NCBI GenBank assembly: GCA_036785375.1
Contig: JAWMAR010001797.1
Span: 1-64,000, forward strand
Source: Leucoraja ocellata
Lineage: Eukaryota
Length of the DNA stretch: 64,000 bases
Reading direction: 5' to 3'
In this document: positions 1 to 13,810 of the stretch, one piece after another
Position numbering within the stretch: position 1 is the stretch's first letter
Layout of the letters: each line of letters opens with the position of its first letter
The notes under the pieces: generated by a model
Told to the model about the DNA's origin: nothing
The model's database searches: none
The model's input: the letters and a program-made list of their open reading frames with translations, nothing else
Translations under genes and position numbers: made by a program

Positions 1-570
1 TTAATTCTGAAGCTATGACATCTAGTCCTAGACGCTCCCACTAATGCAAACATCCTCTCCACATCTACTCTATCGAAGCCTTTCATTATTCTGTACGGTT
101 CAATAAGCCCCTCACCCCCCCCCCCCCCTTCTTCTAAACTCCAGCGAACATAGGCCCAGTGCCGTAAAACGCTCATCATATGTTAAGGCTGCTGCCTCAC
201 CCGCTGAGTTCAGCATTTGTGTCTACCGATTTTTTTCAGCGTCTTCAGTTCTTTCTTAAAGATCTGTTAACCTTCTCATTCCTGGGATCATTCTTGAAAC
301 CCTCCTTTGGACCCTCACAAGAGCCAGCAACATTCTTCCTCAGATATGGTGCCCACAATTGGCACAATGTTCCAAATACGCCTGATCAGCGCCTGATAGA
401 GCCTCAGCATTACATTCTTGTTTTTGTATACTTGCCCTCTCGAAATGGAGGCCAGCATTGCGATTCCTTTCTTTATTATCAATTCAATTGGCAGATTGTT
501 TTAGGCAATCCTGCACCAGCACTCCCAAGTCCCTTTGTACATATCCGATTTATGGATTCTCCCCCCATTT
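1..570 (-). mobile_element. Old, decayed CR1-type LINE 3' region (runs off the window start)
   Basis: Resembles the reverse complement of the CR1 ORF2 3' region at 26600-27100 and the decayed CR1 at 27356-27750; no intact ORF. Confidence 0.6.
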
Positions 571-1185
571 AGGTCACACCAACCGCAGTCATTGAGGTTT
601 ACTATGTAGACACCGCCGCCACATGTATCCAGAGGCTGAGCTCCAAATGATTATGGAGTCCTTGATAGCCAATGAGCTTTATACAGAACATTTGCAAAAC
701 AAATCGTTGCTAGCAACAAGCAGCTCTGTACAACGCAATCGCCCAAAATTTCAAGATTTATAATGGAAGCTTGAAAATGTGAATCATATTCCCTATCGCA
801 GAGGTGTCACCGATCCATTCTTCCTAATTGAATCGGGAGTTTGCAAAACAGCGGATGGAGATGGTCACAAAGGCGGGAGGTAATTGATGAAAAAGAAGAA
901 CGAGATGATCGAAACCGATAAGAAGGTGAAATGAGAAAGACAATATAGAAATATAGGCGAGCAGGGTTCGTGGGTGAGTGTTATTTGTTGTGTGGGGTGA
1001 TCATTGAGATCACAGTAGTGTAGTAGTGGATAATGGGCAGAAGGGGGAGCTGGAGAAGCGGAAAGGAACAATCTTAAGGGGCGACGAGATGTGGAAGTAA
1101 AAAGCGTTCTCTCGGAAATCGCAGCACAGACGGCCAAAAGCGGTCAAGAACAGAGATTTAGTAATATATAGATAGCAAGTATATA

Positions 1186-1456
1186 GGGCACACCGGCAGA
1201 GTTGCTGCCTTACAGCGCCAGAGACCCGAGTTCGATCTTGACTACGGGTGCTCTCTGTACAGAGTTTGAACGTACTTGCCGTGACCTGTGCAGGTTTTCT
1301 CCGGGCGCTCCGTTTTCCTTACATACTCAAAAGACGTAATGGTTTGTAGGCAAATTGCCTTGGTAAAATTGTACATTGTCCCCAATGTGTGTGTAGGATA
1401 AAGTTAGTGTGCAGAGATCTCAGGTCAACGCGGTGTTGCGAAACTAAAGTAAACTG
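1186..1456 (+). mobile_element. tRNA-derived V-SINE (HE1-like)
   Basis: tRNA-like head with B-box-like gagttcgatc, V-domain-like core (ttttctccgggcgctccgttttcc...aaagacgt) and aaacta-type tail. Confidence 0.7.
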
Positions 1457-1769
1457 TCTGTTGATGGTTTATGCATGCAACTAATAATGTAGCTACCTCA
1501 GTACCACTAACCACGCCTTAGTTATCAAGTATAATAACACTCTCTCTCCCTATCTCTCTCTCTATCCAGCACAGTGACGGACTGCGTGCAGTTAGTGCTG
1601 GATCATGTGTGTTTATTAAAGAGTTAAGTAAAGTTACAAGTCTGTCAGATTCACTTATTTACACTGTCAAACTGACAAATCGCGAAACAAAAGAGTCGAC
1701 AAGAGGTTAAGCAATTCCACATTTCGTCGTCTACTGGGTTCGAATGTGCATAAAAGTCGCAATTCTGAC

Positions 1770-2070
1770 TTTAGTTTTAGCTTCGAGATACAGCGTGGAA
1801 ACAGGCTCTTCGGTCCAGCGAGCTCACCCGAGCACCGATCACCCCGTACACCGGTATTATCCTACACACGGGGGAAAATATTCAATTTATGCAGAAGCCA
1901 TTTAGATTTTAAACCTGTAAGTCTTTGGGATGTGGGAGGAAACCGGAGCAGCGGAGAAAACCTACGTGGTCACAGGGAGAATGTACACACTCCATGCAGA
2001 CAGCACCCGTAGTCAGGATTGAACCCGGGTCTCTGGCGCGGTTAGGCACCAACTCTGCCTCTGTGCCACC
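1770..2070 (-). mobile_element. tRNA-derived V-SINE
   Basis: Reverse complement of the same family as 1186-1456 (…cagcacccgtagtcaggattgaacccgggtctctggcg…). Confidence 0.75.
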
Positions 2071-2642
2071 TTGACCGAATCAATCAAAATCTAAACATTG
2101 CTGAATGGTGGCGGTGTAAACAACACTGGGATATTTTGAAGCGATCATTTGAATTCCACAGGCAATTCCACATTTCGATGTTCCCAAATGAAGTTTGAAG
2201 TATCTAAGTTAGACTAATATAGCACTCCATTGTAGTCTCCGCCTTGCTTTCCCCATGAATGAACAAACGCGCACATAGTCTTCAATGTTTGGTCTTTCCT
2301 GGGGCCCTTCTTTACGCAATTATCGTTTACACCGTCCCGTAACTGTACATCCTTTTTTAGTATCTCGAACTAATTTATTTTAAGCCATTACACGTTGTTC
2401 CTGAAACCATTAATTCCACGAACAACAGCAAGAATGGTGATGTAGGACCACTGAAGATTTACCTATATAGTCATATACGAATCAAGGAAAAAATTCATAA
2501 ACTCTGTGTGAAGCAACATTGTAACATATCAGGTCAAACTGCCCCGTAAACGCACATACTAGGACTTTTGAGGATTTATCCTCAAAACAAAATTGTAGCG
2601 TTCAATTATACATTCCATGGCGCTGTATTTAGGACTACTGCA

Positions 2643-2741
2643 CAGCTTTAAGAATTGTAGCTGCAGTTGCCGAAAAAAACTGGCTGTGTCGCTGTCTACC
2701 AATGAGAAGCTGAAGTCCACAGATGGATCCATTGCCCCTCC
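2643..2741 (+). promoter_or_regulatory. Clustered-Pcdh promoter block with CSE (CGCT core, putative CTCF site) and CCAAT box
   Basis: cagctttaag…tgcagtt…gtgtCGCTgtctaCCAATgagaagct…gatggatccattgcccctc; CGCT at 2690, 256 bp before the ATG. The same block precedes all 8 genes. Confidence 0.85.
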
Positions 2742-2945
2742 TACATCCCAGAATAAAAACGGCAGACCCGAAGAGAAAGGCGGGCAGTCTCTGCGTTTTA
2801 TCGTGTTATCAAGCTACAAAGGATACATCCCCTGTCTGTTTCGACTAGGCAATTAGAATATATATGTTTCTATTTCGTGGAAAGAACAGTTTTACCGTTT
2901 AATCGAGGAAAGGCCTGGTTTTCGATATTAATTGAATGCGGAACA

Positions 2946-5330
2946 ATGGCGTACCTACGGTTTCCTTTCAACGTGTTTGCATTCATGCTTCTGATATGTG
3001 AACAGGATCTAATTTGCGGGCAAATTCGTTACTCTATTCCCGAGGAAATGGAGCAAGGGGCATTTGTTGGGAATATTGCTCAAGATCTGGGCCTGAATGT
3101 ACGGCAATTGTCAGCTCGCAAATTCCGACTGAGCTCCGATGACGGGGGGCGCTACTTGAAGGTTAGTTTGGACAATGGAATATTATCTATTCGTGAAAGA
3201 ATCGATAGGGAACGTATCTGTAGGCAAGCAGACATCTGTACCGTGTCTTTTAAAACAACACTGGAAAATCCCTCGGAGGTGTACCGCGGTGTGGTTGAGA
3301 TTCTTGATGTCAATGATAATTCCCCCGCATTCGGAGACCGCAGCATCGCCTTACAGATATCGGAACTGAGTGCACCCGGGGTACGCTTCCGTCTCGAGAG
3401 GGCGGAAGATCCCGACAATGGAATCAATACCATCGCCGCCTAACACGATCAGTTTCACCGAGTACTTAGTATAAAAACACGCAGAACAGAGAGCGATGTT
3501 CTCATACCAGAGTTGCTGTTAGATAAACCTTTGGACCGAGAGCTGCAATCTTCTTTTCAGCTCTTGCTTACTGCGACAGACGGTGGCACTCCTCAGAGAA
3601 CAGGAACAGCTCAGATTCTTGTAACTGTGTTCGACATTAATGACAACGAGCCGGTGTTTGATCGTGATATTTACAAGGTCAGCGTAAGTGAGGACGCGCC
3701 ACATGGTACCTTGGTGATTAAAGTCAAAGCAAATGATTTGGACGAAGGGCTGAATGCTGAGATAACATATTATTTTAGTGATGTTGATTGCGAAGAGCGC
3801 GTATGTATTCAGTTTAGATCCAATAGTGGGAAGATTCTAGTTGAAGGGCCCTTGGATTTTGAAGAAACAAACAGCTATTCTCTTGATGTTCAAGCTGTGG
3901 ACACGGTTCACCCGCAATGACAGGACATTCTAACGTGCTGATCAAGGTCATTGACGTGAACGATAACGCACCCGAGATTAAGGTGACATCAACTCCCAAA
4001 CAAATTCCGGAAAATGCACCGCCAGGTACATTCATAACCTTCATTGATGTTATCGATCGTGATTCTGGGGAGAACGGTCAAGTTCGCTGTGATTTACCCA
4101 AGAATATCCCCTTTAGACTACAGACATCATCGAACCTTTATAAATTGGTTACTAGTGAAACATTGGACCGTGAAGGGATTTCTGAATATCGATTACCAAT
4201 TTCAGCATGGGACCTGGGGTCGCCTTCACTGTCCTCAAATAAAACCATCCATATTACAATAACCGATGTAAATGATAACGCCCGCGGTTTGCTGAATCAA
4301 CCTACAACGTGTATGTGATGGAAAACAATGCACCCGGCGCATCGATTTTCGTTCTAACTGCTGTAGATCCTGATCTGGAGCAGAATTCCTATGTTTCTTA
4401 TTCTTTGGTGGACAATTTCATCCAAAATCTACCGGTGTCCACTTACCTGGCAATTAACCCCACGAACGGTACCATTTATGGGTTGCGATCCTTTGACTAT
4501 GAGGAACTCAAAAACTTCCAGATCCATGTACAAGCCCGGGACGCTGGGGTGCCACCGCTGAGTAGCAGCGCCACGGTGAATCTGATCATCCTGGATCAAA
4601 ATGACAACGCTCCGGTAATTGTTTCACCTTCATATCAGAGTGGATCAGCAGCAGAGGAGGGCCTGCCCCGCTCAGCGGGTCAAGGGTATTTGGTCACCAA
4701 GATAATGGCAACTGATGCAGATTCTGGTCAGAATGCACGGATCTTTTATCAGATGGTGAAATCTACCGATCCCACCTTGTTCGCAGTTACGAGAAACTCC
4801 GGTGAAATCAGAACAGCGCGTAGTATTTTGCAGACAGATACTCCTGTACACACTCTGGTCATCTTGGTGAAGGACAATGGGCAGCCAAGCCCTGTCCAGT
4901 ACAGTTACAATGAACATTAGAGTTTTGGAGAACAGTACTGAAGGAATCAAGGAAAGCAGCACTTGGTGAAAAATCCGGGGATATTTCTCAGATCCAAATG
5001 TTTATTTAATCATCATTTTCAGTTGCACTTCCGTTGCCTTTCTTCTCATCATCGTTCTGCTGATTGGGATCAAGTGTAAGCAGGACAGAAGTATATCCAA
5101 GGGTATAACACCCCCAGTTATTGTACAATCGTGGAGATGCGCACGGTACGTTTAATGGAAGACATGCGATGGAGGAAACTTTACGCTATCCTGGGACAGG
5201 CCGGGTTGTCCGCGTGCCGGAACCGCTTCAATACTCTGTCTGCCTCTCACCAGAGTCAGCGAAAAGTGATTTTCTCTTCTTGAAGCCACGCGGCGATCCC
5301 GACTCAGGCCTAACGTCTCAGGCGCAATGA
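2946..5330 (+). pseudogene. Clustered-type protocadherin unit 1 (single exon, EC1-6/TM/tail); multiple 1-bp frameshifts, possibly assembly errors
   Basis: ORF fragments 2877-3443, 3513-3920, 3917-4318, 4309-4920 and 5121-5330 are colinear with intact paralogues; cadherin motifs DRE, DxNDNxP and AxDxG; tail VCLSPESAKSDFLFLKP. Confidence 0.9.
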
Positions 5331-5498
5331 CGAGTAACCGCAAGGAAGGGGCATGTTATTTGGGTGTCATTTTTATCTCGAGGGATGTGTATCATTCGTA
5401 AGTAAATATTTAAGAAAATATTCATTTTATGCATTTTGTTCTCTTTCGTTTAAATAGTGCATTTGTTATTATGATTAAAAAATATATAACTTTTAGCA

Positions 5499-5504
5499 AA
5501 TAAA
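5499..5504 (+). terminator. Putative polyadenylation signal of Pcdh unit 1
   Basis: AATAAA in a conserved context ~170 bp after the stop; equivalents at 12539, 18121, 23468, 43150 and 53582. Confidence 0.55.
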
Positions 5505-5799
5505 GTACCATCGCATGATAGTCGGATCAGTCAACTGAGAAATACGTGTTATTGCCTATCATTAAACGACGGACAAATATACACTGCTATAGGATGAATC
5601 ACATTAAGGATGCTGAATCAATTTGCTTGTTACCGTAAATTTTCTAGTTTAAAGAAAATACTGGAACAAAGTTCGTCCTTAGCATATACCATTTGAAGCG
5701 CTGATAGATACAGAGGATATAGCTAAATAACAAACATAGATGACGGGAATTAACATATAAAACGAACCAGAAACACACGATGCGGATGCTGATATATAG

Positions 5800-6345
5800 T
5801 ACAATATAAAATGAGCTGGCGGGAGACTCATCAGGTGGGGAAACAACTGTGCAGGGATGTGGACAGATAATCTTTCGGGTCGGTAACCTTCCTCCAAACT
5901 GGACTATGCTGGTAGAAAGAAGTGAATGAAAGTGGCGAGGCAAGTGTCAGCAAGTGGAATCCAGGAAAGGAAGTGTTGGTTGGCAGATGCAAACCAAAGG
6001 ATGGGATGGTCACAGAGCGGGAGTTAACAGGTGAAAAAGAATGAGATGATGGAAACCGATAAGAAGGTAAAATGGGAAAGATAAAATAAAAGTATAGGCA
6101 AGCAGGGTTCGTGGGAGGGTGTTGGCAATTGAGGGTTGAGGGTGGGGGGGGGGGGGTGTGGGGGGGGGAGGGGTGGGGGAGGTTTGGAGATTAGAGAGGA
6201 GGTAGTGGTGGATGATGAGCAGAAGGAGGAGCTGCGTGAGTGAAAATGAATTGTATGACTGGTAGAGGAGAGGTGGAAATATAATATGTGCGTGTACCTG
6301 ATGACCCGTGTAGATCGTGACCTTCCACAATAAACGTCAGCGTCC
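5800..6345 (-). mobile_element. Ancient Penelope-like element remnant (copy found downstream of most Pcdh units)
   Basis: Homologous to 12835-13810, 18400-18985 and 23780-25340, which retain PLE-like protein motifs; partial copy also at 845-1135. Confidence 0.5.
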
Positions 6346-6370
6346 ACTGGATTCGAATGTGCGCACATAC

Positions 6371-6995
6371 TTTTGATTTAATTTAGAGATACAGCGTGGA
6401 AACAGGCTATTCAGTCCACGGAGTCCACGACAACCATTGTTCACCCCGTACACCAGCACTATCCTACACACAAGGGACAATTTACATAATTTACAGAAGC
6501 CAATAAACGATTCCCGATGTTGGCGGAGTCCAGAACCAGGAGCCACAGTTCCTGAATAAGGGGTAAGCCATTTAGACCGGAGATGAGGAAACACTTTTTC
6601 ACACAGAGAGTTGTGAGTCTGTGGAATTCTCTACCTCAGAGGGCGGTGGAGGCCAGTTCTCTGGATACTTTCAAGAGAGAGCTGGATAGGGCTCTTAAAG
6701 ATAGCGGAGTTAGGGTATATGGGGAGAAGGCGGGTACGGGGTACTGATTGGGGATTCTCAACCATGATCACATTGAATGGCGGAGCTGGCTCGAAGGGCC
6801 GAATGGCCTACTGCTGCACCTATTGTCTATTGTCTATTTAGACCGTTTTTTTAGGATGTGGGAGATATCCATAGCACAACGAGAAAGCCCACATGGTAAC
6901 AGGGAGAATGTATACACTCCGTGTAGACAGCACCCGTAGTCAGGATCAAACCCTGATGGCTGGTGTTGCTCCGCAGCAACTCTACCGCTGCGCCT
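6371..6995 (-). mobile_element. V-SINE interrupted by a CR1 3' fragment
   Basis: 6371-6505 and 6840-6995 match the SINE at 1770-2070; the intervening sequence is CR1. Confidence 0.7.
6510..6837 (+). mobile_element. 5'-truncated CR1 LINE 3' end nested in a V-SINE
   Basis: Close match to 27018-27340 (ttcccgatgtt…gaagggccgaatggcctact) with a (TATTGTC)n tail. Confidence 0.85.
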
Positions 6996-7339
6996 GACCA
7001 AATCAATCCGAATATAAACATTGCTGAGTGATGGTAGTAGAAACAACACTGGAATATTTTGAAGCCTTTATCTGATTCCCTAGTGCACCCGTGCTTTCAA
7101 ATTCACGAGAAATGTTCGATGGACAGCAGCGGATATCCTCAGTGGCTCCATCAACAATGTCAAAGGAGCAGATTACAGTCAGAACACAAGAAGCATCTCT
7201 AGCATACACAGAATAATGGCAAAAGTTAGAACCAAGGAAATGCGGATGCAGGTTTACCAAGGAAAGACACAAAATGCTGGATTAAATGAAGAAAGGTTTC
7301 GGCCCGAAGAAAGGTTTCCCCAGCATTTTGCCCACCTTC

Positions 7340-7414
7340 GATAGGTGACGTTTGGGGTCGGGACTCTTCTTCATACTGTCTAAAGAAAGGTCCCGACCCG
7401 AAACCTCACCTATC
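7340..7414. repeat. ~75-bp imperfect palindrome made of two inverted Penelope-type terminal motifs
   Basis: gataggtgacgtttggggtcgggactcttcttcatac pairs with gtctaaagaaaggtcccgacccgaaacctcacctatc. Confidence 0.7.
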
Positions 7415-7613
7415 ATAGGACATAGGTTGTTGGATATGGGAATCTGAGTAGATCAGACAGACCCTAAATGACGTGCCGAAAAAAATAAAATCGATTTTCA
7501 GAATCTTTTATCACTTTCATCTCTGCAAGGTGTCTTTGGAAGAATATTAGCCTACTTCACCACCACAAACGTATGCTTCCATTCCAAGTTGCGCTCATTT
7601 TAGTCAGAGTAAC

Positions 7614-8829
7614 AAGCGAGTTCGGTACTCCGAATAAACATCGATCGAAGTGCTGTAGATTCAGTGAGTGTAGCTTTTTCAAGTTTGTATTTGTCAGGGG
7701 GCAGATAGAGAGGGCAGATGCGAGTGGGAGACGGGGTGAGGGGGTGAGGAGACGGGGGGGGGGGGGGGGGGGGGAGATCCGCTTCATCCGCCTCATCCGC
7801 AGACAGGATCGACCGCCCGGGGGTCGGCCGGAGACGTCCAGGCCCACGGGACGCCGGCTCCTAGGCCCCGCCAGCGCACAGAAGCGCCAAACCCAGCTCA
7901 CCGTCTCTCCCGCCGGGTCAACTGACAGCCCGGACCAACGACACCAGGAGCCCCAGACCCACAGCCAGCACGGTGAAACAGCGCACAGCTAGCGGCAATT
8001 CCAGCTCAATCCCGCTCCAACAACAAGGGAACCCGCTCCCCGATGGGCCGTTACGGCGACAAGTGCCAGTTCCCCCATGGCCTGGCCGAGCTGCGCTCCT
8101 CAATTACAAGCCACCGCAAGTACAAGCCACCATACGTGCACACTACCGGCTTCAGCCCCTACGGTAACCGCTGCCACTTCATCCACAACCCAGAGGAGGA
8201 GCAAGGGCCTCGCCTGCGTCAGCGCCAGCCTGGGCTCGGCCTCCTGGGCTGCGCTGCGGGCGGCTTTCAGCCTCGACCTGGAGTTAGAGCTGGCCCGGAG
8301 TCTGGGTTTGGGGCTGGGCAAGTGAGGGGGGCGGAATTTCCTGCTACCGCCAGCACCACCAGCAGGACCAGCAGTTCCAGCGGGCGCCCGGTCTGCCCAT
8401 GGCCGGCAGGAGCCCGTCCGCAGACTCTCCGACCAGGCTCCGAGTCGCCCCTTCGAGCACGGCTGGCGCATGCCCATCTTCAGTAGGACCTCGGTGTCGG
8501 ACTGAGGGGAGGGGGTTGGAGGTAGAGTGCTGCAGGCCAACCGGGCGGGACAGGCAGAGCCGAGCTGGAGCCAGCAGCTGCAGCACCGGCTGCAAGTCCG
8601 GGGCTGCCCAGCCAGCTCAGGGCCACCCCGGACAGGGACGGGACACCGGGGTTCAGATGGGGACTGTCCAGCAGCAATTCAACAGCGCCCGCAGCGACGG
8701 AGAGCCGGGCCCGACCCCGACCACGGCCGAAACGCAAGCCTGCACACAATGCAGCACCACCGTTGCCGAGACTGTTTATAGCTGGTGACCTATGACCGGG
8801 CATGCACAGTCGGAATACCGAACTCACTT
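7614..8829. mobile_element. Candidate non-autonomous element bounded by 20-bp inverted repeats, with GC-rich cargo
   Basis: aagcgagttcggtactccga (7614-7633) versus tcggaataccgaactcactt (8810-8829): 18/20 inverted match; GC-rich interior, AT-rich flanks; no clear TSD. Confidence 0.5.
7995..8505 (+). pseudogene. Decayed ZFP36/TIS11-family (tandem CCCH zinc finger, ARE-binding) coding fragment
   Basis: Translates as YGDKCQFPHGLAELRS…HRKYK…HTTGFSPYGNRCHFIHNPEEE (tandem zinc finger with lost cysteines and a deletion). In other frames: SPSADS…SDQ, GSESP and terminal RMPIFSRTSVSD* (family C-terminal RLPIFxRxS motif). 5' boundary approximate. Confidence 0.85.
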
Positions 8830-9681
8830 TATTTGAATATATCTTGGATACTTTGGCATTTCTTCGCCTCTAATTTAATTCCAACCAAGAGAATCAACTG
8901 ATGCCGAGAAAAGATATTAGCAAATTCACTATTTGTTTCGTTCAGTTTAGTCAGATCAGTTTAATTTATTGTTACGTGTACTGAGATAGAGTGAAACGTT
9001 TTTGTTGCATGCTAACCAGTCAGCAAAAGGGCAATACAAGATTGCAATCAATCGATTTACCGTGCATAGATACATGATAAGGGAATAACGTTCAGTTGAA
9101 AGTAAAGTCAGCAAGGATAGTCCGAGTCGACGAAACGTTAAGCAATTCACCATTTTCCAAATTCACAATTCACCAACATCACCATTTTGATGTTCCCAAA
9201 TGGATATTAAAGAATCTAAGTAGACCAATGTAGCACTCCATTGTTGGCTCCGCTTGCCTTCTCCATGAACGAACAAAAACGCACAGTCTTCAATGTTTTC
9301 TAGGGTCCTGCTTTACGCATTTATTTATCAAGTTTACTTCAGCCCCGTAAAATAGTCTGTAGAAATGTATACCCTTTTTATTATCTTGAACTGAATATAT
9401 TTTAACCATTACACCCTTTCATTCCCTGAAACCATTAATTTCACGTTGACTGCAAGTGTGCTGATGGAACAACAATGAAGATTTACCTCTATAACATGCT
9501 TTATCAAACTAGAAGGTATTTACGGAGCAATAATACCAATTCAAACAATCTGAGTGAAACTTTGATGGGTCAAAATGCCTCAAAACGCATACTATGACTT
9601 TCGAAGATATATGCTGAAAACAAAATGAAGCGTTGGCTGATACGTGTTCTGGTTGTATGCCACAATTTAAGTGTACGTATA

Positions 9682-9780
9682 CAGCTTTAAGAACCCGTAG
9701 CTGCAGTTGTCTAAAAAAACTGGCTGTGTCGCTGTCTACCAATGAGAAGCTGAAGTACACAGATGGATCCATTGCCCCTC
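9682..9780 (+). promoter_or_regulatory. Pcdh promoter CSE block
   Basis: CGCT at 9730, 253 bp before the ATG at 9983. Confidence 0.85.
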
Positions 9781-9982
9781 ATACATCCCAGAATAAAAAC
9801 GCCAGACCCGACAGAAAGGCGAGCAGTCTCTGCGTTTTATCGTATTATCAAGCTGCGGAGGATATAATTCCCTGCCTGTTTTGACTAGGCAATTAGAAGA
9901 TATATTCTACATCGTGGTAAGAACAGTGTTACCGATTAATCGAGGAGAGGCCTGTTTTTCAACATTATTTGAGTGCGGAACA

Positions 9983-12373
<2,391 letters not shown>

Positions 12374-12834
12374 TGCGTAACCCCTTGGAAGGGGTATCTT
12401 ATTTGGGGTCATTATAATGTCAAGGAATGTGAATCATTCGTGAGTGAAATATTTAGGAAAATATTATTTTGGTCCAATTTTACGCTTTCGTTTAAATAGT
12501 GCATTTGTTGTTATGGTTAAAATATATAACTTTCAGTAAATAAAGTCCAATCGAATGAGGGTTGGATCTGTCAAATCTAAAATGTCTTATTGCCTATCAT
12601 TGAACGACGGACAAATATACACTGCTATAAGATCAATTACATTAAGGATGCTGAATCCATTTACTTGCTTAAACTAAAATACACGCGAAAAAGTTCGTCC
12701 ACAGCATATTCCAGGCGGAGCGCTGATATGAACAGAGCACGTAACTAAATAACAAATTTAGATGACGAGAATTAAAATATAAAATGAACCAGAATCACGA
12801 GAGACTGCGGATCCTAAAATATTGTCCAAATAAA

Positions 12835-13810
12835 ACGAAGTGTTTGGAAACTCGTCAAATGGGCCACCAATTGAGCTTGGATATGGACAGATAACGTTTC
12901 TGGTAAACACTCTTCCTCCAATCTGGACTAATGGAGTATTAACTGTTAGAAAGAGGTGAACGTAAGTGGTGAGGCAAGTGGAATCCAGCAAAGGAAAGCG
13001 TTGGTTGGCAGATGCAAAACAACGGATTGCGGGAGTTAATAGGTGAAAAAGAATGAGATGATGGAATCCGATAAGAAGGGGGAAATTAGAAACATATATA
13101 TAGAAGTATAGGCAAGCAGGGTTCCTGGGTGGTTGTATGCAGAGGCTGGGGGTTGTTATAGTAAGTAAGTAAGTAAGTATTTTTTATTTATATAGCACTT
13201 TTAAATCAAATCACGTTGAAGTCAAAGTGCTTTTCAGAGAATAAATTATATTTCCATACATCCATATAAAAGAAAAAAGAAAAAAGATACAGTAAACTAT
13301 AGGATTTAAAATGAAACGTCTCCCCACAGCAGAAACCACAGTGAGGGAAGGCACCAAAAAGTCCAGTTCTCCTCTTCCTCATAGTCCAACCGAGGTCGGG
13401 GCCTATTTGTGGCCTCCTCAGCCAGTCCGATGTTTTCAGGCCCTCTTGCCGGGATGCAGTGGTGGATGACGAGCAGAAGGAAGATCTGGAAGATCTGAAA
13501 GACGAGTAGACGAGGAGAGGAAATAAAATATGTATGCGAGAGCAGCCGTGTAGATCCACAGGAGAAGGTGGTGGATGGGCGGTAATCTATACTTGAAAAA
13601 TTCAACGTTCATGCCTTTGGGTTGTAGACCACGCAAGCTCAAGATATGGGTGCTTGTATTTCAGTTTGTATGTGGCCTCTCTGAGTATGGAGAAAAAATG
13701 AGGACAGAGAGATCTGCATTGGAATGTGAATTGAAGATGTTGTAATCAGGAGTTCCAGTTGGCTCTGGTGGTCTAACTACAACTGTTTGGCGAAGTGGGC
13801 GTCTCATCAG
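12835..13810 (-). mobile_element. Ancient Penelope-like remnant (interrupted by an L2-tailed element)
   Basis: Minus-strand translation LRGLQPKGMNVEF resembles the C-terminus of the PLE GIY-YIG domain; homologous to the flanks of other units. Confidence 0.55.
13160..13455 (-). mobile_element. Short L2-tailed retroelement (SINE or L2 3' fragment)
   Basis: (AGTA)n tail followed by tttatttatatagcac…caaagtgctt, the same 3' motif as the SINE at 24280-24500; absent from paralogous flanks. Confidence 0.5.

Noticed and set aside
2617-2856. Recurrent short ORFs upstream of Pcdh genes (SLSTNEKLK.TDGSIAPP; also 9633, 15315, 40354, 50777)
   Set aside because: They are translations of the conserved promoter block; starts are non-ATG or inconsistent and frames and lengths differ between copies.
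3152-3433. Repeated minus-strand ORFs inside Pcdh genes (also 10049, 15666, 21031, 40705, 51145)
   Set aside because: Antisense shadows of cadherin codon usage, repeated only because the genes are paralogues. An antisense lncRNA cannot be judged from sequence alone.
3572-3592. Possible exonic CTCF site at the ATDGG codons of EC2 (gcgacagacggtggcactcc)
   Set aside because: Only a loose match by eye, constrained by the protein sequence and altered in other units; needs a PWM scan or ChIP data.
5316-5330. C-terminal SQAQ resembling part of the Pcdh-gamma constant region
   Set aside because: Only four residues match and the flanking conserved residues are absent; probably chance.
6139-6182. Long G/C runs (also 112-128, 7754-7774, 31724-31747, 43283-43298, 54468-54482) as G-quadruplex elements
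   Set aside because: Not conserved between duplicates (the 31724 run is absent in copy 2), mostly inside repeats, and homopolymer lengths are unreliable.
7557-8827. Numerous overlapping ORFs in the GC-rich island as novel genes
   Set aside because: Expected from stop-codon scarcity at high GC; only the ZFP36-like pieces are recognisable, and they are frameshifted with lost zinc ligands.
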